In this document: positions 24,689 to 32,062 of the stretch, one piece after another | Numbering within the stretch: position 1 is the first letter of the stretch | How the letters are laid out: each line of letters starts with the position of its first letter | Origin: an uncultured Burkholderiales bacterium | GTDB lineage: Bacteria > Pseudomonadota > Gammaproteobacteria > Burkholderiales > Thiobacillaceae | Assembly: GCA_937925755.1 (NCBI GenBank) | Contig: CALAMX010000028.1 | Location: 1-34,329, forward strand | Direction of reading: 5' to 3' | Length of the DNA: 34,329 nucleotides | Notes under the pieces: model-generated | The model's input: the letters and a program-made list of their open reading frames with translations, nothing else | Told to the model about the DNA's origin: nothing | The model's database searches: none | Program-made: the position numbers and the translations under genes

Positions 24689-26716
24689 GTGAGACACGAG
24701 CCGGTCGAAAGTGGCCCTCGTAGGCGGATTAAGACTCTATGGTCTGTGCTGCTGAAAGCCGGCGCCAAGCCGCCGCGCCCCCCACTCTTCTGGCTCCTGC
24801 CGCCCCTGCTTGCCGGCCTGCCCCATGCCGCGCATCTGCCCCTGTGGCTTTCGGGCGTGTGCGTCCTGCTCTGGCTCTGGCGGCTGATCCTCGCCCTTAC
24901 TGGCCGGCCGCTGCCGGGCCCATGGGTGCGCATCGGTCTCGCCCTGGTGGCAGTGGCCGTGGTCGTGGCCCAGTTCGGTCTGTTCATCGGCCGCAATGGC
25001 GGCGTGCCACTGCTCGTGCTCCTGCTCTACGTCAAGCTACTGGAAGCGGACACCTGGCGCCACCAACGCTTCGCCCTGCTACTGAGCTTTTTCGTCGCCT
25101 CGAGCGTGTTCCTGCACGATCAGTCGCTGCTCATGAGCGTCTACCTGTTTGCGGTGGCCTGGCTCACCACGGCCGCCTTGGCCCAGCTACAACCCCTGGC
25201 CGGGGCGGACATCCGCCCGCATCTGCTCACTGCCGGCCGACTGCTGCTTGCCGGCGTGCCGCTCGCGCTCGCCCTGTTCCTGTTCTTCCCCCGTCTGCCG
25301 GCCCCGCTATGGCTGCTACCCAGTGGCGAGCAGGCCGGCCGCACGGGGCTTTCCGACACCCTGCAGCCGGGCGACATCAGCCGGCTGATCCTGTCTGATG
25401 CCATCGCCTTTCGTGCCCACTTCGAGGGGGCAGCCCCCGAGCCCGCCACCCTGTACTGGCGCGGTCCGGTACTCGCCCGCTTCGACGGGCGCACCTGGCG
25501 GGCGATGGCGGATCAGACAGAGATGCAGGTTCGGGCCTCCGGGCAGGGAACGGCCCTGCGTTACGTCCTGACGCTGGAGCCGCAAGAGCGGCCCTGGCTC
25601 TTCACACTGGGTCTGCCCGCGACCATCCCGCCCGAGACCCGGCTACTCGCCGGCATGCAACTGGTGAGCCGCAGTCCCGTGACCCAGCGCCGCCGTATCG
25701 AGCTCGCGAGTCACCCGCAATACCGCCTGGGGGCCAGTACCCAGGAGCTCGCCGAGGCGCTCGTCCTGCCGCCGGGTTACAATCCGGCCACCCGTGCCCT
25801 GGCGCAATCCTGGCGGCAAACCGACGGCCACCCACACCGCTTGCTGCAGCGCGGCCTGGACCTGTTCCGCCGCGGCTTCGGCTACACCCTGAATCCGCCG
25901 CCCCTGGGGGTACACAGCGTGGACGACTTCTTATTCTCCACGCGGCGCGGCTTTTGCGAACACTACGCCAGCGCCTTCGTCTTCCTCATGCGGGCCGCGG
26001 GTGTGCCGGCCCGGGTGGTCACCGGTTACCTCGGCGGCGAGATCAATCCGGTCGACGGCCACCTGGTGGTACGACAATCCGATGCCCATGCCTGGGCCGA
26101 GGTCTGGTTGCCGGATGCGGGTTGGGCACAGGTCGATCCCACCGCCAGCGTGGCACCCGCCCGGGTCGAACGCGGCCTCGCTGCCGCCCTGCCTGGAGCC
26201 GAGATCCCGCCCGTTATCGCCAGGCTGCACCGCCCCTGGCTACGCGAGTTACGCCAGACCTGGGAGGCGCTCAACAATGGCTGGAATCAGTGGGTGCTGG
26301 GCTATAATTTGGAACGGCAACTGCGCCTGCTTACAGGGCTCAGTCCGCGCCTGGCCGCCCATGCCTGGCACTTCAGCATCGCCGTCGCGCTGGCGGGCCT
26401 GGCGGTGATGGCCGGGTTGGCTTGGGTAGGCGGTCGGGGCCGCATACGCGACCCTGCAGTCCGCCTCTACGACCGCTTCACCGCCCGGCTGTCGCGTTTG
26501 GGCATCGAACGCAAAGCCAGCGAGGGGCCGCAGTCCTTCGCCGGCCGGTTGGCGCAAGCCCGGCCCGACTTGGCGAAGGCCGGCAGTGAAATCTGTGCGC
26601 TCTATGCGCGCGCACGCTATGCCCAGGACCCAGCCGCCCTGCACGCCCTCGCACGGGCTGTGCGGCGTTTCCGTCCGCAGCGACGCGTCGGCACAGGGAT
26701 GCTCGGTCCCTGGTAG
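24689..26716 (+). CDS. Transglutaminase-like membrane protein (TgpA-like)
   Basis: N-terminal polytopic region, then a Cys-His-Asp transglutaminase core (RRGFCEHYASAFVFLMRAAGVPARVV...SDAHAWAEVW...GWAQVDPT). GTG 24689 lies 8 nt after AGAGGG; an alternative GTG lies at 24683. Confidence 0.85.
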   Translation: MRHEPVESGPRRRIKTLWSVLLKAGAKPPRPPLFWLLPPLLAGLPHAAHLPLWLSGVCVLLWLWRLILALTGRPLPGPWVRIGLALVAVAVVVAQFGLFIGRNGGVPLLVLLLYVKLLEADTWRHQRFALLLSFFVASSVFLHDQSLLMSVYLFAVAWLTTAALAQLQPLAGADIRPHLLTAGRLLLAGVPLALALFLFFPRLPAPLWLLPSGEQAGRTGLSDTLQPGDISRLILSDAIAFRAHFEGAAPEPATLYWRGPVLARFDGRTWRAMADQTEMQVRASGQGTALRYVLTLEPQERPWLFTLGLPATIPPETRLLAGMQLVSRSPVTQRRRIELASHPQYRLGASTQELAEALVLPPGYNPATRALAQSWRQTDGHPHRLLQRGLDLFRRGFGYTLNPPPLGVHSVDDFLFSTRRGFCEHYASAFVFLMRAAGVPARVVTGYLGGEINPVDGHLVVRQSDAHAWAEVWLPDAGWAQVDPTASVAPARVERGLAAALPGAEIPPVIARLHRPWLRELRQTWEALNNGWNQWVLGYNLERQLRLLTGLSPRLAAHAWHFSIAVALAGLAVMAGLAWVGGRGRIRDPAVRLYDRFTARLSRLGIERKASEGPQSFAGRLAQARPDLAKAGSEICALYARARYAQDPAALHALARAVRRFRPQRRVGTGMLGPW

Positions 26717-26814
26717 AGCGCCTAGGGCGTCTTTGTTTCATGCTGCGGTCAGCTCGACTCGGTGAGCCGGCCGTGCATTTGGGCACTGCCCATCGATGGA
26801 AGGATAATGACGTC

Positions 26815-27078
26815 ATGAGCACTGAACCCTCCAACACCAACCCTCGCCAGCGCCTGAAGGCACTGCTGGCCATACCGGACAGTCAGCGCACCGAAGAGCA
26901 GTGGGACGAGATCATCGAGCTGGAGATCACACTGGCACCTGGCAACCGGATCGACGCCCCAATGCCCGGCCAGCCACGCAAGGCGCAAGGCTCGTCGCCA
27001 CAGGCCAAGGGCGGCGGTCAAGGAAAGAGACCGTTCAAGAAATTTCACAAGCGTTCGCCCAAGGCGCCTGCGGCCTGA
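26815..27078 (+). CDS. 87-aa hypothetical protein with a charged N-terminal half and a Lys/Gly/Pro-rich basic tail
   Basis: GGAAGGA lies upstream of ATG 26815. Product MSTEPSNTNPRQRLKALLAIPDSQRTEEQWDEIIELEITLAPGNR... has no recognisable family. Confidence 0.5.
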   Translation: MSTEPSNTNPRQRLKALLAIPDSQRTEEQWDEIIELEITLAPGNRIDAPMPGQPRKAQGSSPQAKGGGQGKRPFKKFHKRSPKAPAA

Positions 27079-27104
27079 TCTCCGAGCTGCCGACGGAAAA
27101 TCTG

Positions 27105-27130
27105 AAAAAAAAGCCGGGGGTTAACCCGGC
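27105..27130 (-). terminator. Canonical intrinsic terminator shape on the minus strand with no minus-strand gene upstream (orphan)
   Basis: The minus strand reads GCCGGG-TTAACC-CCCGGC followed by TTTTTTTT. On the plus strand the hairpin is preceded by A8 and not followed by Ts. Confidence 0.5.
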
Positions 27131-27263
27131 GCTGAAGGAGGAGACACGTGGGCACCCTCACCCGAGGTCGTTTGCCCATTCCCGTTATCGGCCGCGCTTG
27201 ACGAAACTTTAGGACGACTGTCTGCGTCACGAGGACGGTCGGCACCGATCTGGAGGACAGGGC

Positions 27264-27707
27264 ATGGAGCGCATCACCATCTCCCTCGACCGCGGGCTGG
27301 CCCAGGAATTCGATCGCCTCATCCGCGGGCGTAGTTATGCCAACCGCTCGGAGGCGATCCGCGACATCCTGCGCCGCGAACTGGAGGCCGAGCGCCTGGC
27401 GCGCGAGGAGGCGCCGCACTGTGTGGCCAGCCTGTCCTATGTCTACAACCACCATGAGCGCCAGCTCGCCGAGCGGCTGACCGAGCATCAGCACCAGGCG
27501 CACGATCTGGTGGTATCGACCATGCATGTGCACCTGGACCACGATCACTGCCTGGAGACGGTCATCTTGCGAGGCCCCACCCGCGAGGTGCGGCGCTTCG
27601 CCGATCAACTATCGGCCGAGCGTGGCGTGCGGCATGGTCAGCTCAACTTGATCCCCGTGGACACCGAGTCCACCGCGCCGCACGTGCATACCCGACCGAA
27701 GAGCTGA
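27264..27707 (+). CDS. nikR: Nickel-responsive transcriptional regulator NikR
   Basis: N-terminal ribbon-helix-helix (MERITISLD...RSEAIRDILR) and a C-terminal nickel-binding domain with His/Cys ligand motifs (YNHHERQL, HVHLDHDHCLE). GGAGGA lies upstream of the ATG. Confidence 0.9.
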   Translation: MERITISLDRGLAQEFDRLIRGRSYANRSEAIRDILRRELEAERLAREEAPHCVASLSYVYNHHERQLAERLTEHQHQAHDLVVSTMHVHLDHDHCLETVILRGPTREVRRFADQLSAERGVRHGQLNLIPVDTESTAPHVHTRPKS

Positions 27708-27743
27708 CAAACGGTCGCGATGAGCGGTCGCAAGCCGAAGTTT

Positions 27744-27777
27744 GTATGAAGAATTATGTTTTTATCATACTTATGAT
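27744..27777. promoter_or_regulatory. NikR operator: GTATGA-N15-TCATAC plus an adjacent TTATGA half-site
   Basis: GTATGA at 27744-27749 and TCATAC at 27765-27770 are the same half-sites as the E. coli nik operator (GTATGA-N16-TCATAC), with a spacer one base shorter by my count. TCATA-CT-TATGA (27765-27776) forms a second small palindrome. The patch is AT-rich and lies just upstream of the nik transporter operon. Confidence 0.7.
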
Positions 27778-27794
27778 CTACAATCCACGACATT

Positions 27795-28502
27795 GTGTCG
27801 GCAAGATCCGTCATGTACCTCCCCTTACTGCTGCTCACTTTGACCTGTGCCCCCGTCCTGGCGCATGACCTCTGGATCACCCGCGACGGCACCCTGCATA
27901 CCCTGCACTACGGCCATGAGCGCTCCGGCCACGAGGGGGCCAAGGCCCTGGAATACCGGCCGGAACAGGTGCGCCAGGCCCTCTGCTTCGACGTGGCCGG
28001 CCGGCCGCTGCGCGCCGTGGTCGGCATGCGCTACCCGGTGACCCTCGACGGGGACTGTGCGGCGAGCCTTTTCCTCGCCTCCAGCGGTTATTGGAGCAAG
28101 ACCCCCTACGGCAGCAAGAACCTCCCCAAGACCGAGGCCGGCCTCGTGCTCGACAGTTGGCTGGCGGTGGAGTCCGTCAAACGGCTGGATGCCTGGGGTA
28201 GCGGTCTGGCGCGCCCGCTCACGCGCGAGCTGGAGATCGTTCCGCTCGGCAACCCCTTCACCCTCAAAGTAGGCGACAAACTGCGCTTGATGGTCACTTT
28301 TGAGGGCAAGCCGGTGGCGGGGGCCACCGTGGCCTATTTCGGTCAGCCGCGCGGGGTGAGCGGCGCCGATGGGCAGGTCAACGTGCGCCTGCAACGCCCC
28401 GGCTTCCAGCTCCTCCAGGCCAGTTTGGAAACCCCCCTAACCGATGCCAAGGCCGACCGCCGTATCGACACGGCAACGCTGCAGTTCGAACTCCCGCAAT
28501 GA
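27795..28502 (+). CDS. Periplasmic DUF4198 / NikK-like component of the nickel/cobalt uptake system
   Basis: Signal peptide, then a mature N-terminus HDLWI... as remembered for DUF4198 proteins. The LEIVPLGNPFTLKVGDKLRLMVTFEGKPVAGATV segment is also typical. First gene after the NikR operator. Start is GTG 27795 or ATG 27813. Confidence 0.7.
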   Translation: MSARSVMYLPLLLLTLTCAPVLAHDLWITRDGTLHTLHYGHERSGHEGAKALEYRPEQVRQALCFDVAGRPLRAVVGMRYPVTLDGDCAASLFLASSGYWSKTPYGSKNLPKTEAGLVLDSWLAVESVKRLDAWGSGLARPLTRELEIVPLGNPFTLKVGDKLRLMVTFEGKPVAGATVAYFGQPRGVSGADGQVNVRLQRPGFQLLQASLETPLTDAKADRRIDTATLQFELPQ

Positions 28503-28927
28503 GATCCGCCCTGCGCTTCGTCTTGGTCCTGCTATACATCCATTCAGCCCAGGCGCACGAACTCAGGCATGAGCTGAGCCAGTCGCAGGCGATCGTCATC
28601 CGCCTCACCTACGCCGACAACACCCCTTTCAGCTTCGAGACCTACGAGATCTATCCCGAAGGCAGCAACCTCCCGACCCAGGTGGGCCGCACCGACTCTG
28701 CCGGCCGCATTGCCTTCTTGCCGGACAAGCCTGGCCGGTGGCGGGTGAAGGCCCAGTCCGAAGACGGGCATGGGTTGGAATTCGCCTTCGCGACCGGTGC
28801 GAGCAGCGGGCCGATGGCCACTGGCCAGTCTCTGTACGACCGCTACGGGCGCATCCTCGCCGGTGTGGCCCTGATCCTGGGTCTGTTCGGTCTGTTCAAT
28901 CTGTACCTGAAAGGCAAGCACCCATGA
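28499..28927 (+). CDS. NikL-like bitopic protein (N-terminal signal/anchor, periplasmic beta-rich domain, C-terminal TM helix)
   Basis: 142 aa. ATGA overlap with the upstream gene. MRSALRFVLVLLYIHSAQA|HELRHE..., with C-terminal ILAGVALILGLFGLFNLYL. Its location is consistent with the NikL component that replaces NikN. Confidence 0.55.
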   Translation: MRSALRFVLVLLYIHSAQAHELRHELSQSQAIVIRLTYADNTPFSFETYEIYPEGSNLPTQVGRTDSAGRIAFLPDKPGRWRVKAQSEDGHGLEFAFATGASSGPMATGQSLYDRYGRILAGVALILGLFGLFNLYLKGKHP

Positions 28928-29901
28928 AGGCCCGACGCACCCTCCTGCTCGCCCTGCTCCCCTCATCCGTCCTGGCCCACCACGGCGTGGCCTCCCTCGG
29001 GGCCGCCGGCCTGGAGGGGCCCGGCGCACCGGTGGAGACCTCCAGCTCTGCCACGCTGCCGCAGGGCAAATGGCTGGGTTATCTCAAGCTGGACCATGCC
29101 CAATACCGCACCTATGACCCGGCCGACGCCACCGAGGCGGACACTGCGCAATACTGGATGCTGGGTCTTGGCTACGGCTTCACCCCGTGGTTCTCGGCCT
29201 ATCTCTTCCAACCCTACAACATCAAGAAGGACGAGCCCGACGGCTTCGAGAGCCGCGGCTTCACCGACTTGAGCCTAATGGGGGTGCTCGGCTTTAAGTA
29301 CGACGAGGGTTTACGGCTCACGCCGGCCAACGAGAGCCTGGACGACCTCATGGACTGGCATTTCACCGCCTATGCGGGGCTGACGCTGCCCACCGGCGAG
29401 GCCAATCACCGTCTGCAGGACGGCAGCATCGACCCGGCCATGTCGCTGGGATTCGGTAAATCCAGTTTCGCTTATGGCCTGACCGCCACCAAACAGGTGA
29501 CCTCCGATACGACCCTGGTCTTCGAGGCAGGGCAGATGCGCTTCCAGAAATACACTTACGCCGACGGCCAATCGCTGCGGTTCGGCACCGAGACGCGCTT
29601 GAATGCCGCCCTGGCGCAGCACCTGATGACCCTGCCCGAGCGCCGTTTCCGCCTGGATGGCAACCTGGAGCTCAATTATCTCGGCATCGGCCGCGACCGT
29701 ACCAGCAGCGGCCCGGAAGCCGCCACCGGCGGCGACATCCTCTACGGCGTGCTGGGCCTGCGCCTGTACAAGGACAACCTGAGCCTGGGCCTGGCGCTCA
29801 AGCGCCCGATCTGGACCGACCTCAACGAGGAGGCCGCCCAACAGGGCGCCGAGGGCAAGGAACGCTATCGTGCCATTCTGACCTTCTCCACCCTCTTCTG
29901 A
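28924..29901 (+). CDS. Putative outer-membrane beta-barrel channel embedded in the nik operon
   Basis: ATGA overlap with the upstream gene. Signal peptide MKARRTLLLALLPSSVLA, alternating amphipathic segments rich in Y/G/D, and a terminal ...LTFSTLF (aromatic C-terminus typical of OMPs). The 387-aa track ORF is an upstream extension. Confidence 0.6.
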   Translation: MKARRTLLLALLPSSVLAHHGVASLGAAGLEGPGAPVETSSSATLPQGKWLGYLKLDHAQYRTYDPADATEADTAQYWMLGLGYGFTPWFSAYLFQPYNIKKDEPDGFESRGFTDLSLMGVLGFKYDEGLRLTPANESLDDLMDWHFTAYAGLTLPTGEANHRLQDGSIDPAMSLGFGKSSFAYGLTATKQVTSDTTLVFEAGQMRFQKYTYADGQSLRFGTETRLNAALAQHLMTLPERRFRLDGNLELNYLGIGRDRTSSGPEAATGGDILYGVLGLRLYKDNLSLGLALKRPIWTDLNEEAAQQGAEGKERYRAILTFSTLF

Positions 29902-29923
29902 TGCCCGATTCCTGATCCCTGCT

Positions 29924-30571
29924 GTGCATATCCCCGACGGTTTTCTCTCGCCGCAGACCTATCTGCCCGCCTATGCACTCGCCGCCGGCCTGTGGTGGGT
30001 GGCGGCGAGGCGTCTGAGGTCGCAGCTCGACGCCGAGCGTCTGCCCTGGCTGGCAGCGGTCACGGCGCTGGCCTTCGTGCTCATGATGCTGGCCCTACCC
30101 CTACCCGGTGGCAGCAGCGTACACGCCGCCGGCATTGCGCTACTCGCCGTGAACTTTGGCATCTGGACCAGTTTCATGGCCGTCTCGCTGGTGCTGGCCA
30201 TGCAGGCCCTGCTGTTCGGCGTGGGCGGTGTCACCGCTCTGGCGGTCAACGCCCTGGCGCTGGGTCTGGCGGGCAGCGCCGCGGCCGGGCTCGCCTGGCG
30301 CATATTCCAGCCCATCCATGCGGGCCTCGCCCTCATCCTGGCCGGCTGGGCCTCGGTCGTCGTGCCCGCCGCGATCATTGCCGTCGTCCTCGGCATCCAG
30401 CCGGTCATCGCCCACGACCCGACAGGCAGACCGCTGTTCTTCCCATTTGGGCTGAGCGTCACCCTCCCGGCCCTGCTCATCCCCCATGCCCTCCTCGGTC
30501 TCGGCGAGGGGCTACTCACCTGGCTGGGCACCCTCACGCTCGAGCGGCTGCGCCTGCGCCACGTGGCATGA
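29924..30571 (+). CDS. nikM: NikM/CbiM substrate-specific membrane component of an ECF-type Ni/Co importer
   Basis: GTG start giving the invariant N-terminus MHIPDGFL. A polytopic membrane protein of 215 aa. Confidence 0.9.
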   Translation: MHIPDGFLSPQTYLPAYALAAGLWWVAARRLRSQLDAERLPWLAAVTALAFVLMMLALPLPGGSSVHAAGIALLAVNFGIWTSFMAVSLVLAMQALLFGVGGVTALAVNALALGLAGSAAAGLAWRIFQPIHAGLALILAGWASVVVPAAIIAVVLGIQPVIAHDPTGRPLFFPFGLSVTLPALLIPHALLGLGEGLLTWLGTLTLERLRLRHVA

Positions 30572-31122
30572 AGCGCGACCGCCTCTTACTCGTCCTCTAC
30601 CTGGCCGCCCTCGTCGCCGTCACCCTGGTCCACGACCCGTTGGCCCTGGCGCTCGGGCTGCTGGGTCTGCTGCTGTTGGCCGGCCGCAGCGCCCCCCGAC
30701 TGCTGCACCGCAGCCTGCGCGTCATCCTGGTGTTCAACCTGGCGGTAAGCCTGGGTTATGCCCTGCTCGCCCATCTGCGCGGCTTCTCGCCGTGGGAGAC
30801 CCTGCTATTGCTGAACCTGAGGGTCCTCTTCCTCACCCTGCTCACCTTCCTGTTCATAAGCCGGGTGAACCTTTTCAGCGCCTTGGACTTCTCCCCCACC
30901 TTGAGCTGGCTGCTCGCACTCGCCTATAGCCAGGCCCTGAGCTTCCAGCGGGCCCATGCCGACTTTCGCCTGGCGCTGGCCAGCCGCTGCCTGGAACGGC
31001 CGCGCCTGATCGACCGCTACCGGGCGAGCGCCGCGGCCGCCGCCTGGTTCATGGACCGCGCACTCGCCACCGCGCGCGACAGCGCCCTTGCCTTACGCGC
31101 CCGCGGCTTCTTCGATGCTTGA
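30568..31122 (+). CDS. nikQ: NikQ/CbiQ transmembrane (T) component
   Basis: ATGA overlap with nikM. A 184-aa hydrophobic protein ending ALRARGF, typical of CbiQ/EcfT. It lies between the M and O components. Confidence 0.8.
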   Translation: MKRDRLLLVLYLAALVAVTLVHDPLALALGLLGLLLLAGRSAPRLLHRSLRVILVFNLAVSLGYALLAHLRGFSPWETLLLLNLRVLFLTLLTFLFISRVNLFSALDFSPTLSWLLALAYSQALSFQRAHADFRLALASRCLERPRLIDRYRASAAAAAWFMDRALATARDSALALRARGFFDA

Positions 31123-31888
31123 GCTCACCGGCATCACCCACCGCTACGACGGCTGTGTGGCCCTGGCGGACATCCACCTGCGGGTAAACCCCGGCGAAAA
31201 GGTGGTACTGCTGGGGGCCAACGGCTCCGGCAAGTCCACCCTGCTCAAGATCGTCGCCGGCCTCATCACCCCGAGCGGCGGCCAGTACCGCTACAAGGGC
31301 GAGCCGATCGACCCGCAGCGACTCAAGGACAGGGCGCTTTGCCGCCGCTTCCGCCGCGAGGTGGCGCTGCTGTTCCAGAACCCCGACGCCATGCTGTTCA
31401 ACCCCACGGTCTTTGACGAGATCGCCTTCGGCCCGCGCCAATTGGCCCTCGCCGACGTGGATGCACGGGTGCGGCACTGGGCCGGCGTCATGGGCCTGAG
31501 CGACAGGCTGGAGCGGCTACCCTTCAATCTCTCGGGCGGCGAGAAACAGAAACTGGCCCTCGCCGCCCTGCTTGCCGTCGAGCCCGAGGTCCTGCTGCTC
31601 GATGAACCCGCCGCCGCCCTCGACCCGCGCACCACCGGCTGGCTCATCGACTTCCTGGCGGAGCTACCCGTTACCCTTATCACCACCACGCACAACCTGA
31701 GCCTCGCCCCCGAGCTCGGCAGCCGGGCGCTCGTGCTGGGCGAGGATCACCGCCTGATCCACGACGGCCCCATCGAACCCTTCCTGAGCGATACGGACAG
31801 ACTGCGCGCCGCCAACCTGGTGCACAGCCACCGCCACCGGCATGGGGCGATCGTGCACAGGCACGACCACGTCCACGACTGGGATTGA
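31115..31888 (+). CDS. nikO: NikO/CbiO ATPase component with a His-rich C-terminal tail
   Basis: Walker A GANGSGKST, ABC signature LSGGEKQK, Walker B LLLDEP. The tail is HSHRHRHGAIVHRHDHVHDWD. The start MLELTG overlaps the nikQ end by 8 nt. Confidence 0.9.
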   Translation: MLELTGITHRYDGCVALADIHLRVNPGEKVVLLGANGSGKSTLLKIVAGLITPSGGQYRYKGEPIDPQRLKDRALCRRFRREVALLFQNPDAMLFNPTVFDEIAFGPRQLALADVDARVRHWAGVMGLSDRLERLPFNLSGGEKQKLALAALLAVEPEVLLLDEPAAALDPRTTGWLIDFLAELPVTLITTTHNLSLAPELGSRALVLGEDHRLIHDGPIEPFLSDTDRLRAANLVHSHRHRHGAIVHRHDHVHDWD

Positions 31889-32062
31889 TCCATCGCGTGT
31901 CAGACACACCTGGCTGAAACCAGGGCCGAGTGGCATGATCCTAACGGACATGACCCAAGCCACCTTCGATGCTGAAAGCGGCCATGTCCGTTCCCTCACC
32001 CGCCCCTCTTTCCTGTTGGGATCGGGGGAGGAGCAAGCGTCGGCTGTACCGACTTTCACGCC

